Positions 1-13,246 are shown, numbered from the whole stretch's first letter. The stretch: 62,907 nt of DNA, filler included, from Bipalium vagum (GCA_037834085.1; 3 parts of 3 records of this genome joined end to end with filler, not necessarily neighbours in it); one strand, 5' to 3'. The notes: generated from the letters alone by a model not told the origin. Translations and numbers: made by a program.

Positions 1-105
1 GTTCGTATTATAAAACGTATTTTTCCATGAAAACAATATGGTTTTCAACAATTTTTGACTGAAATGTTCATATTAAACAGGGTTCATATTGAACAGGGTT
101 GACTG
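1..105. mobile_element. End of a pogo/Tigger-like DNA transposon or MITE (terminal inverted repeat)
   Basis: Ends ...gttcatattaaacagggttcatattgaacagggttgactg|ta; the reverse complement reads TA|CAGTCAACCCTG with an internally duplicated motif, typical of pogo-type TIRs. The other end lies outside the window. Confidence 0.5.
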
Positions 106-1242
106 TATTATCATTTTTGATAAGTTTAGTATACTCACAAAAATAGGTTATTAATATCGCAACCTTATTATTCATTCTTTATACATTTGGAATCATTGAG
201 TTGAGTCAAGACTATTCTTCATCTACTAGAATAATTCATAAATAACTTAAAATTTTTCGTTGCTGAAAGATAATTTCTGATGACTCAAAACATTCTATGG
301 GGTCAGTTTAAAGTTACGACAGCAGAAATGATCCGAAAAATTCATGCTAAGATAAGTGTTCTATACTGTCCAATATCCAACTGTTATCACATCCACCATA
401 TTATCCAAATATAAGTCAGTCTCACTTGCATTTTATCTCAGAATTTTAAAATAGCGTGCACATAGAAAATTCCAATTCACTTATGAAGTTATCCATGAAT
501 CAAATTCCTATTTTGAAAGTATGAATATATTGTAATACAAAGATGGAATTAAAACTAGAGAATAGTTAGATAAGGTATGAGAACCAATATAAAGATGTTT
601 TTAAAAATACGTTTTCGTAAAAAAATAATTTCTTATTTACCTTTTTAGAAATACTTCGTAACATCAAAGATATTTATTTTGACTGGAATTGGTCCATTAA
701 TAATCAATCACTAATGAGAATATAAACAGAAATCTAGTAAAAAGTACAGTGTATTGTAAGTTTCTGTTGAACTCTTAAGACAACTCAGATCTCTTTCTCT
801 CTGTCTATATATATTTCCTGTTTGGCTTTAATTGAGTTAATTCAATTCGTTATGGTTCTTTCTTACTCTTTAAAGATTTATTGTTTTGACTTTATAAAAT
901 AAAAACAATAGAAATGTTAAATAATAACTATGACCACTAACGGAAATCTAGATTTTCTACCGACTTTAACATTGTAAATATTTAAAGTTACAATGCGAAC
1001 TGAAAATAAAACCTCAGCGTTAATTAAATTCAGTCTTGTACAAAATTATAAAGTCTTTTTCTAATCCACGTTAATAATTAGTTTATTAATTAATTTATTC
1101 ATTTATTAATAAATAAATTGGTGAAAAATTTTGGTTCATAAAATCAATAATCAAGAGTTTTTTTAATATTTATAAAAGTAATTTTTAATCAATCCACTGA
1201 AAAAAGTTTGAATTTACTCTGTAAATATTAATATTGTCTAAC

Positions 1243-1567
1243 CTCCATAATTCGGTTGTCTACCACTGATCTGCTTAGAAAAGTTTCTGACAAATATATC
1301 ATACCCAAGATTAATGTTGTTGACAAAAATAATTGGTGTATCGTCTTTATACAAAGTAATTATAGGACCATACTTCGGAATATACTTTTTAATCATTTTT
1401 TTGTATATTAAATTTTCATTCAAGATAAAATCAGCTTCTTCGGAATTTTTATTAGGACCAGGAGGCAAATTATGACTTTTTAATGTCACTTTGACATTTT
1501 TCATCTTTTCTTCTTTTATTTTTTTTGCCCGTTCAATCATATCTTTTGCGGATATATTTTCATTCAT
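1243..1567 (-). CDS. Cytochrome P450, first coding exon (remaining exons not identified in the window)
   Basis: Has the LPPGP hinge followed by KYGPIITLY...PIIFVNN...YDIFVR...SGR, the standard CYP N-terminal beta1/alphaB pattern. The ORF ends at a probable donor GGAG|GTTAG. No heme-binding exon was found. Confidence 0.75.
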
Positions 1568-4500
1568 AATATTAAGTAAAAACTTTTCAATAATATTGTA
1601 ATAATTGTAATATCAAATTGTTATAATTTACAGCTGAAAAATGTTCATGTAATTGATATATTTAAAGAAAATAAATTTGTCTAAAAATTTATAATTAAAT
1701 TTTGTAAGTTCAAAAATATTTTATGAAAACATATCGCCTTGTCTTATTAAAAAATATATAATATATAAAATATTATAAATTATCTATGCATTTACTTCCT
1801 ACAACTATCCATACTTTCAGCATAAATGATATATCTCGTTATAGGTTATAACACCCTCTCTTTTCCTTCATCTTTCGGTTGGCATAATACTAGATCACCA
1901 TATGCAACGAGACTGTTCTATCTCTCCTGGGACATATAACTCCATTTTTCTTAATCATAGGTTGTTTTCAGGTTATTTAAATTTGGCTTTAAAATATTAC
2001 ATTTTAGAATTTAATTAACCCAATAAAAAAATTAATCAATTATCTTCAATGTTCAAACAATTAACTGAATATAAAATCTTTTTGAGAAGTGAGATTTATT
2101 CTGACTGCTACTGAGCTTACTTTACCATCCAAGATTCGTTACTGCTTTGGAGGATATCAAACTTTTTATTGAAATATTTCCTCCAAAGACAGCATTATCG
2201 ATTATTATGTGCCGATGTCATATCTTTGTCTAAAACAAAATTATACACTGTAACTTTACTTATAATACTACTGTCACTCTTAAATTGTAATATATCACAA
2301 TATACAATGTATTTGTAATCTCAAATCTGTTATCATACCTCCAATCTTAAGATTAACTATAAAATTCTTAATCATGATCTTACTGTTGTTCCTACTTCTG
2401 ATATCAATTGAAATAGTTCCTTTGAAGGCCTTTCCAAATATAATAAAGGGAGAAGGTAGAACTAAATTTATCTAATGAATTTAGAAACAAATATCCTATA
2501 TCATTCAGTCTTACCCTAATTCTCTAGACTTTTCCATTATCAAAAAAGTACCAAGGTTCCGTTTCTATTTTTATTGAGTATTCTTTTCACATAAATATTA
2601 TTTAAATTTTAAAAAGTTTTACCTGAGTAATGGTCGTCAACTAACATTTATATAAAAAGGTATTAGAATTCTATACCCTAATATTAAACAGCATTTTGTT
2701 TCTTTCTTCATTTTGATCACGATAATTTTGTGTTAGTAGTCCACATACTTTATATAATAGCAAATTACATTATTTAATGATTTCGGAAACACTGATAGTG
2801 ATATCGTGCGAGAAGATTATCTAATTTAATTGTTGAGTTTTGCGTGTAGTGGTGTTGAAATTGGGAGAGCGGCAGGCAGTCCAGCAGTTAAACGAATCCA
2901 TTTGGGACTGTGAGACGTGTTTGTGTGTCCTGTGTGTCGGTTTGTGTTTAGCGACTAATTAGAAGATGGATCATTTCATTGGATATTTGTTGGAAAATCA
3001 AAATTAGGTCTGTGTCTGTTTGTGAGTATCTGTGTTCAATATTGTTTGACTTGGTCGATAATAATAGGTTGATAATAATAGGATAATAATATTCAGTTTC
3101 ACTAAAAAGATTAAAAGATTTGAAAATGATTATTAATATTTAAATTGGGTTAAGAATATCGATGATGGAACTATCGACTTTCTAGGAACTTAACATAAAC
3201 TTTATGTAAATTCAGAAGAATTTAGTGCATGTACGTTCGAAAATCTGAGTGATAATAAAAATATTGATTACAAACGTTGAACTTTTTAAACGATAAACTT
3301 TTAAACGATCAACTTTTAATTGATCAACTGAGTTAAAAAAATACTTTATAAAATATATTTGAATAAATCTGACAACTTCATTTTTTAATACAATTTTACT
3401 TTGGGGTTAAAACCCGAGATAAAGAGTTAAGAGAAAAGTCAGATCACCCTTCGATATCTTACTCTCAAGGGCCCTCAGTTAAAAATTCGGTTCTCCGTCC
3501 TACTAGACGTGAAGAACACAAAAAAAGAAAATACTGGGAAGTAAGAAAAAAGATAACAATTATTTGAGCCTAAATAATTTACTAAATGTTATTCTCCTTG
3601 AAGCTGGATTCTGAGACGTATGGTTACTTTCTTCTGGCTTATTCTGAATAGTGTTCGCCGATTTCCGAATATTGTAGGGTTGCGAATATCGTAGAGTTTT
3701 GAATATAGCTTATCCTTAGTTTGTTGACTTCCTCTGGAATGCGTCGGGTTTTCTTCTCTTCGGAGTAGATAATTTTACTTCTTGTTTGTGTTTATTTTTG
3801 TGCTGCCTTTTGATACAGAAACACTTCAGTATTTATATTATTTTATTTTTTGTATTTTTAATTATAGTAACTTTATGTTACTATTTTTACAATTCACTTT
3901 AAAATTTTACTATAAATTTATTTATAGTAGCATTTATTAAAATTTTTATTGAAAAAATTATTTATAGTAACTTTATGTTACTAAACAATTTTTTCCAATT
4001 ATTTTATAAATTAATCATCAAAATGATTATTTTTTAATTAATTATAATTATAATAATAATTTTTATATTTTATATTTTATTTTATATTTTAAACAGATAG
4101 GAAGGAAAATTAATTAAACTCAGGGTTTTAACTTTACATAAAAATAAAAATTATATTTACATAAAATTATATTTGTAAACGACACAAAAACACAAATATA
4201 TAAAAGAACAAAAAACACTAAAACACTAGAATGTTTTTAAGATCACTAAATGGTTTTTATTGGTTTTTCGAGAATTTGGAATTGAATTTTGGACCGGTTC
4301 TGGGAGTCTCCACAACAATAATAAAAATTATAACAAATGGAGAAATGGTAAATTATAATTACCACATAAAAAATTAATATTTATATTTCATTTGAATATT
4401 TTATAGGCTTGATTAGGAAACCCAATCCATTTAATTATTCAGCTCGGCCGAACATGTTTTGGCCAAACTACTTAAGACTCTCGGCTTGTCATTATCTTAT

Positions 4501-6195
4501 CATAATGGAAAAGAGGAACGAAGAGACCACACAGAGATAAAGAGCTTGTGGGCTTGGTATTGAGAACAGCCGCAGAGTAAATTATTCAGCTCAGGCAACT
4601 AAGGACAAATTGATCTGGATAATTGAAAGCTTCATGTTTCTGCGTAAGCAAATCCAGAAGAGGGAAGATATCCCTGTTGTGATTAGTGATTTGCCGATGG
4701 AGGTAAACTGGAGAGTATATAAGCAACTACCAGATTCTCTACCGTCAGAACCGAAATTAGAGTTAAATGAGGAAAAACAAAATAACAGAGAGACGGTGAC
4801 AACGAAAAGAAAAGACAGACGAAGAATTGAATTGAACATTATTATTGTTAAGTGATATTTTTTGAATAAATTATTCTATTACGATATTATTTATTCGAAC
4901 GGATCATTATTTTGTAATTTGGAGTCAAGAAAATTGGTTAATATTTATTCGAATATAACAATAGCATCCGCCGGCATTGGAATATCCTGTCATATTCATC
5001 TCTTAACTTATTAGTTTATTTCTGATTAGGAACAAATTACATATTGTGTAATGCGCAACATATATCAGTTCTTCAAACCTTTTGTTTGAATAAACTTTAT
5101 TAGCATTTCCACATATAATTTCATTGTTCTATATATTGTTCAATATTTTATATTACCTTACATATTGAGTTTATTAGTGTATTGCTTTATTTGTAAATTT
5201 TATGATAAAATTAATTTTTTGGAGTTTGCTGGTGGAAAGTCTTAGAGGTCAAAAAAATATCTACATTAGTGCAATCATAATATCTTACATCATTAACATC
5301 CCCTTAATGAAACCTCAACTGTTGTAGGTAGTAAAAATCAGTCCCAACCAATAGCTGCTTACAGCTGATAAAACATCCGTTGCAGCAGGAAGTCGACTGT
5401 TTTTAAATTATGTAATCATAAATCTAATTTTATTAAACTATTTGAGATTGTTACAATTTTTCATTTTCTTTTAAAAAATTTTCACGGCGAAACAGATGTT
5501 TCAAATTTTTCAAATCTAACCAATAAATGCAAGATAAATCATTGTTTTGGCGAGTTTCAACAATTAAACCACGAGAAGTGATATATATAAACATCTTTTT
5601 AATGGTCGATTAGTGGTCAATTCAAAGAATAATTTCAATTCTTATCTCTTGATCAGTCTATTAAAATCTCAATTCATGGATAAATTATAAATGAATAAAA
5701 GCGTCTTATGTATCTTGCATTTAATGTTTTATATAAATATCTTCTTAAACAACTTTATTTGATTTTTTCAGAATTGTTTATTTTGATTTTAACAGAAAGT
5801 GACCACAGATATCGAAATGATGAATTTGGATTCAGTGCTATCAATATTTTTTTAAAAATTAGTTACATAGTAAAACATTTTTAAGAAAAGGTGGTTAAGT
5901 TTGAAAACTAAAAATATTAAAAAATTTATTGTCAAAACGACTAAAGGTTATGAAATTATAAATAAAAATTTTCACACTGAAATTAATTTCATTCAAGAGT
6001 TCCAAAGCATACGATTCCAACACAGAAATTATTTTACCACAAAATGAATTGAATATTATATACAAACGACTTAAAAGACCCTTGTATGTCACAAGACAGG
6101 CATGGAAATGACTATTAGTAAAACAATCGGATTCACCAGCAAGACATTGAGTTAGGAACAACATTGAAAAAATTATTTTAAAATATTACAGGACT

Positions 6196-9100
6196 TCATT
6201 CCAATTTTTTTCTACACATTTGACAGAAAGGATTTCCGTTATTTGGATTTTGAAAATTACACCCCCTAATATAAATTTAAATCAATTAGAGGATGTACAA
6301 AGAACTTCAGAAAACATACTTGCAATGCAATGGCTTCACATTGTTCATAAAAGGAACACGAGGCATGTGACCACCAAAACGCAAAGAATTCGGATTCATA
6401 AAAGATGCTGCCTGTATAAATATTAATCGGAAAATCAGAATAAAATATTCATCACGTTATTCGGTGGATTATTTTGAAGTGACATCACCAAACTGGCTGC
6501 CATATTTCTAATGAAATTAGCTTGGTTATCCATTTTAGATCGGATATTGTTTGGTCCTCCTTTTGTTTCATTCCGTACTGGTTGACCTGGCATGCGAGCT
6601 GAGCTAACTGGAGGTAGACTGTAAATGTTTTGACCAAATTTCCCATTGGCATTCATCTTTCGTTGTTTGTTCGATGTTCCATCGAATTTATTTGATCCTT
6701 TATTATTTGCATTAGCCTGCTTATTGGCTTGTTTAATTGAACTTAAAAATATATTAAAGTAATATTATTATCAATCCTCAAATATTATTAAAATGGCTAA
6801 ATCAATTAGTGTGTAAGTGTATCAGATTTTGCTCCTATGATTTTTTAACTAACAATTTTTGATAATTCAAGTTGTATGGACATTGTAAGAATTATTATTA
6901 ATTGAAATTTTCCTAATATTTTTTTACTTTACCTGAAAAAAAAGTAATACCACGAGACCTTTATAATAAGCTATGGTGAACTAATATATAATTATTGATG
7001 TGGAAAGCATAATACAAGAAATAAACTTCCCAGGTTGGTTTTAAAGCTCTTTTAAAAATAATCATTAGAATTTGATTATTATAATATTGATTAATTAAAA
7101 TTTCATTAATTTAAACACTTCTTAATTCTTATTTAAATTTAACCTATATTCTTCTTTCAATATTTATTGGGATCAATATATATCATTTGTTAAAAATATT
7201 TTTTTGAATTGTAATTATATGGTTACCTTATTGACTTTATAAACTTTAATTAGAATTGTTTTTGAGCCATTTTATATGATAAAATCAAAGTTAATTTGAA
7301 ATATTTTACGGCTTTTTATAAAATGAACTAAACTTTTTTATTTATTTAACTGGAACTCGTGAAAAATATTAATTAATATTTGCAAACAACCGATATTTTG
7401 GTTAACAGAGGAAATTCTGTTAGTCTTTCAAACAATTTGGAATGAGTAAAATTTACCTATTTAATTTATCAGGTCCCGCTACCTTGGTGGTATCTGTTTG
7501 AAGATTATCAACAACTGTCTCATCTTTCGTTTCTGAAATTTATACAATGATATTATCTATTAAAAGATGAAAGAAAATTGAGTTGAAATAAAAATAAAAG
7601 ACAGAAAAATGTGGAGTATTTAATTTGATTTTTAAATATATTTATTACTTCGACATTTATTTCCCAAAAAATATTAATTGATAATTAACATCATGAAGCA
7701 CATTTATTTAAACAACTTGACAAAATAATAATTCATTATTCTTTATATAAAAATGATTTGAATCTCAAAAAGATCGTAAAATTCCCTTTATGAAAGATTT
7801 TTAAAAAGTTATGTTAAAAAACCATTATTTTTACAAAAAATAGGTCAACCAATTTTGAAGTTAGTTTAAATAAAAAACAGCAACGAAAGTTCTTTAAAAA
7901 TTAATTTTAAAAAAGACCATTATTTATATTTTAGCTTTGATAAACATAGATGAAATTGATTAATTTAATAAAACTATTAACAAACTAAAACTATATAGAA
8001 AGAATTTTTTATTAATATAATAAAATGCAGAGATAAATGCCAAAAGAAATTTACTAGATATAAGAAATTTAATAATGGTGCTATTGAATTGATTTTAAAT
8101 TAATTTAGAGCGAAATATAATTCAGTAATTTTTTATATTTAAAATAGTTATTAATTAATTAATTTGCAGAATTCATTCTTAAATATCACTTTTTTTTGTT
8201 TTAAGACTGCTAATAATATGTGCAAAAGAAGAAAATCAGATGAATTGAAAAATTGAAATAATAATTGATTTAATTAATTTTTAACTTTAAAAAAATTAAA
8301 ATTATAATTGATGGCAATAAGATTATTTTCAAATGGAAAATCAAAATTTCTTAATTTTACTAATTAAATCGAAGTAATCATTTTCAAAACTGATAATAAA
8401 TATCTAGAGATATTATTTTAAAGGCAAAGGCCCAGTTTAATAATATGAAATTTATTTATTCAATTTTTCAGTTTTTAAAAAATTAAAATTATAAGGAAAC
8501 CAATAAAATTATTTTAAATGGAGAATCAAAATTCTTAGAATTGGTTCATTCTCCAGAAGCATTACCTTCTAATTTTCTTTTAGTACCACTTTTTTCTTTA
8601 TCATTCGATTCAGTGTTAGACAACACTGAGCTAGCGATCTTGATATTATCATCTGGACTTATATTTTCAATTTTTTCTTGACTATTTATATCTTTATGAG
8701 ATTCAAAAATGTCAGGGGTAGATGAAACATTTGTTATTGTGTTTAAACTGATTTCGATGAATTTGTATCCACGAGAAAAGAGACTAGAAGATATTATATC
8801 TACACTATCAACTGCGTAGTCCATTATGTTGCCTTCATTAATTCCTCCACTAGCTTTGATTAAAATTGAAGAATTGGTCATTTTTACCTGTTTTGATATG
8901 CACCTGATATCCTAAATAGAATGGATAATTTCGCTTAATAATTAAGGATCATCCACTAATTATCAAATTAATGAAATTGACCAAGAATCTATAACTACAT
9001 TGTTGGAACAGATAATACTAAATAAATACCATAACTTAATTATCATTAAAATAATTATCAAATTACTTTAACAAAATTAATAAAATATTGATTAAAAATA

Positions 9101-11387
9101 ACTGTTAATTTACGATAAATAAAGGATTAAAAATATCCCTTTTCATTACATCTGCTTTATTGATAAAAAATGGTAATTTTAAATATTAACTATTCAGCAT
9201 TTAAAATTTTGATCAATTAAATTAATTTAAATCAAAATAAAACAACGTGAAATTTTATGTAATCATAATGAATTTATAAAATAGATAAATACGTTAAAAC
9301 ATCAATTTTTCAAGAAATATAACTTCGCTTCAAAAAATAACTTCATAAATTTTAATCACTGAAGATAATTGAGAATTAATACTTTGAATCAATTATAAAA
9401 TCGATTAATACAAAATTATTTTAATAAAGTACTTGGAAAGGTTTTTAAAAAATCAATATAATCTGAAAAAATATCAGTTTCATAAAGAATAACTTAAGAC
9501 TTAATCACCCATTCAATGGTTGATGATTAGTTGGTAATGTACAAGATACATTAAGCAAAGTAAATTTTGATTTAAATATTTTAAAAATAGATGTTTACAA
9601 TAAAGCATTTTATTAAGAATGCCAATGATAATATCAATAATTAAAAATGAATATAATCTAAAAAATAACTAGCCAATAGAAATTAGATAACATTATCTCA
9701 CTGGGTGAGTCATCGTGTTAATCATAAATATCAATTTTCCCAAAATAAGAATAATTTCGGAAGACTTCGTTTTGTTTTCGTACCAAAAATTAATAAGTTT
9801 AAATTTGATTTATTACTTTTATGTCCCACCTGACTGAATTTTTTAGAACTAATAAATTTAATAAAAGTAACGAGATGAAATATACTTTGTTAATCACAGC
9901 TTTTTAATAATCATACAATTAAATAATAATCTAAATTAAAAATTTTAAATTATTTTTTTTAATTAATTATATTATGCTTGTAACAATCAATAATTGAATA
10001 TCTAATACGTAAATTCGTAATTAAAGAAAAATGTTAATTTATCATTGAGGTTTTATTTTACAATTAATTATTACTAATTATTTTCACGAGCATCATAAAA
10101 AGAAGTTCGATAACATAATTTACTCAATTATTATTTTGTTTAGAATTTAAATGTAATACTTAATTAAACTCATATTTTTATTAGATGTAAAATAATCTCA
10201 GCAATATAATTCAATTTAGAAATTTTAATATTTGTCGTTTTATCCAAATCTTAATAATATATTGATTAATTATGAATTAAGACTTCACAGTTAACTTATT
10301 ATAGCCCCCCCCCCCTTTTTATATTAGCTCAATGATAATTTAATTTTTTGTGTTTATAAATAAAAGTAAACATTAAAAAGTTATTTATAACAGCTAACAT
10401 TTCCTCACTGAATTATAGATGGATCGGTAATCAATTAATCAACTGATCTATCAGTAATTTAACAATGTTCTTAATTTTATTACTTTTATTGATTTCTAAT
10501 ACCGTTCTTTAGCTCATTATTTATTTAAATTGTCTTCTGAATGCTTTGGATATAATTTTGTAGGTTTCAATGAAACTACATAAAATTGATTTTATATAAA
10601 AATAAAATTACGTTAATCATACATTATATATATATATTCAAAAATATCTTACGTTTATATTAAGATTTTTCAATGTAATTAAATCAGCCCCGGATCGGGC
10701 AGCCTCTAAAGCATCATTTAAATTTTCACAAACAACTTCAATTTTAGTTAATTTCGTTCCTCTAGATTTCAACAACTTCAAACTATTCTCAATGCTGCAA
10801 TTAGCATTAATACAGTTATCCTTCGTAACGGTTAAAATGGACTGATCATGTTTATAAATTTGCATTCCTCCAACGTACATAGCATATTCTTCAACAATTT
10901 TAAATCCCGGAGTCATATCATCAGCTCCTATTATTTCACCGTTCCATTTTTGCTTTAATTTCGTTAAAGTCGAATTAACAGTTGTTGCTACACTAATTGC
11001 ACGAGTCATTATATTCATAACTATTTTTTCCGCCATTAGAATCTTTTTTGTTACACCCGTTATGATACCGACTGTTGAAAAACTATTTACAACAGATCCT
11101 TCGGAACACAACCATTTGATTTTACAATCAAAGAATCGTAAAATTTCATCAACAAATGGTAAACCCGCTAAAATACCTGAAAATTGAAAATCATTACTTA
11201 TAAATATAAAATCAATAATTTAGTAATTACCTGTTTCTTTAATATCAAGATTTAAATTGATAGTTTCATCATTATTTAGGATGGCTGAGAAATCAAAGTT
11301 TGGCAAACTTTCATTTATCCAAAATTTGACATATTTTTTTAGGAGAACAGGATTAATTACATCAGAAAATTTTGTAATAGAAGCCAT
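6196..11387 (-). CDS. QPRT: Quinolinate phosphoribosyltransferase (QPRT/NadC)-like protein, probably catalytically inactive, with a C-terminal C4 zinc ribbon; 7 exons, 516 aa
   Basis: Exons 11387-11231, 11176-10653, 8911-8566, 7532-7457, 6741-6456, 6411-6320 and 6265-6196; all introns GT-AG, phases consistent, total 1551 nt. QPRT-like motifs: GILAGLPFVD, WLCSEG, MTPGFKIVEEY, KDN, KIEVVCENL.DALEAARSGAD, KASGGI, VDIIS. Ends HCKGCNFQNPNNGNPFCQMCRKKLE*. Confidence 0.88.
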
Positions 11388-12139
11388 TATGATTGTTTAT
11401 CACAAAATTAATTAAATCGATTTAAACAATCGATTTTGATAGTTATGAAAAACAATAAATACTATATATATATTTTTTCTATATATTTTGAATATTTTTC
11501 TATATATTTCTGCATAACCCTGTAATTTTAATGATTTAAATTTCAAAACTCATTTCACTATTTACAAAAAAAAGACAATTTCTTACAGAAATTAAATTTC
11601 ATAATTAGATTAAAATTTTATTCAATTGTAATACGCCAGAAAATGATTTATTTATTTCAAATAGAAAACAATACTCATTAACAACTACTAAAAGAAAAAA
11701 ACCACTACATACCACTGTATATTATATACCTTTTTATGCCATTTCTTGAATATTAGTTCTCTTTTTAGTTTAGGTCATTCTTATCCTTCTGTTAATCTTT
11801 TTAGATTATTTTTCAAATCATAACAGATTTTTTTTACTAATTTTCTGATTGGTAAATTCGTCTTCAAGTTCTAAACTCCGGAGCATCAATTGATGGTTCT
11901 AGTTATCATATCGATGTTGACCATTGAATGAAGAATCCAAAATTAGTAAATAGGCTTTTGGAGAAGCACCAATTACAAATGTCAGAAAACATCAAATTTA
12001 GTTTGGAAGAATTTAACTTTTCTGATCATAATATATTAAGGTCAAAAATGATGCTGGTAGCAAGTATGACTTACATCGATAATAAAATAAAAATTTCTTA
12101 CAGTAGCTTCAACAATACATTTTGCAGTTAAATAAAATA

Positions 12140-12450
12140 AATTTAGAAACTTCTTATGAAGAATTTAGAATCAGAATGTGATATAATTGGCGTATATGGT
12201 ACTATTGTCAAGATTGATGAGAAAAAATTGTGCAAAAGAAAGTATGAGTCTTTGTCATAGATTAAATTGAGCCTGGATTGAGAACTTGAGCACACAGAAT
12301 AGAAAAAACTCTGCCTATGAGAAATATAAGACTGCAGTACCAAAAGTGGAAGAAATGTCATACTAAAACATGTAAGGATTGGTTCTATAGTTCATACTAA
12401 CACCTGGGGAGGTTACAGGTAGCCTAATCATTACGGACTTCAAAGCTAAA
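12140..12450 (+). mobile_element. Merlin (IS1016/ISXO2-like) transposase remnant
   Basis: Degenerate translations IGVYGTIVKIDEKKLCKRKY and ILKHVRIGSIVHTNTWGGY match the Merlin motifs IGGxGxxVEIDESKxxKRKY and IxPGSxIxTDxWxGY; interrupted by stops and deletions. Confidence 0.75.
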
Positions 12451-13099
12451 CTATTATACATGTTTAGTTAGTGCCTTCTTCATTATAATTAAACATGAGT
12501 TTATTTATATAGTATGCTTATTAAGTAACTAGTCATTCGACTACCTTGGGTTTACTGGGATAATTCTCAATTGATGGATAACTGATCAATCTACTGGTTT
12601 CCAGATCTTGGTTCTGGTTCATCTTGAGTTGAGTAGCTTCTTCTTGGTTTAAAAATTTTCATTAAAGATTTTTTCCATTTTCCGGATTTATATATTTCCC
12701 CTTTACCAGTTTTATATCTATTCTATATATTTTTTCTCTATAGGTATTATAAACTAAATTTTATGATATTTCTTTATGTATTTATACTATTTTTCTATCA
12801 TGTGTGTTGGTGCTACAACGACTGTCATTAATGTTTTCAAATGACGTTTCTCCTTTTAATTTTTTGACTTAATTATTCATCCTATACTTAATTACCTGAT
12901 TAATTACTATTTTAAATTATTATTATTACATATTTATTTTTAAGAAATTAATTTATTACTATTACTATTACTATTATTATTATCATTCTCTAATATTATT
13001 GACATGTTTGTTGTTTGACATGAGTTTGTCCATTTGTCAAAATTATGAGATATTTTTATTTAAAAATTTGTGTTTTTTATATTTTTATACCGGATACGG

Positions 13100-13220
13100 T
13101 GTTGGGGTGGGTGTTTTGATTCGAAAAGGTTGAGAAGAGTTACGGACATAACGATTTATAAAAAGTGAGGAGTCACTAGCACACGAGCACAAGTTACTAG
13201 GTCGAAGTATAATAGTAACA
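13100..13220 (+). repeat. Putative 5' LTR of the Gypsy element
   Basis: TGTT...AACA termini, internal TATAAAA, and directly followed by a PBS-like sequence. The left boundary is uncertain because there is no second LTR to compare. Confidence 0.55.
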
Positions 13221-13222
13221 AT

Positions 13223-13246
13223 TGGATAGCACCCGACGTGATTTGA
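13223..13246 (+). promoter_or_regulatory. Primer-binding site, degenerate tRNA-Trp type
   Basis: tggatagcacccgacgtgatttga resembles TGGTGACCCCGACGTGATTTGA, the complement of the eukaryotic tRNA-Trp 3' end; it starts 2 nt after the LTR-terminal CA. Confidence 0.6.

Noticed and set aside
160-720. Candidate downstream P450 exons with AG/GT-like edges
   Set aside because: All frames contain stops and no CYP motifs; 200-510 looks more like a decayed GIY-YIG/Penelope-like relic, too weak to call.
2780-4960. Less AT-rich patches and ORFs 4591-4839 and 4610-4855 (similar texture at 23440-23990)
   Set aside because: Possibly old LINE 5'/ORF1 debris, but there are no diagnostic motifs or splice-consistent model.
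5200-6164. ORF 5895-6164 and nearby sequence vaguely like hAT transposase
   Set aside because: Resemblance too weak to support.
6220-6426. Plus-strand ORF of 68 aa
   Set aside because: Antisense shadow of exons 6-7 of the QPRT-like gene.
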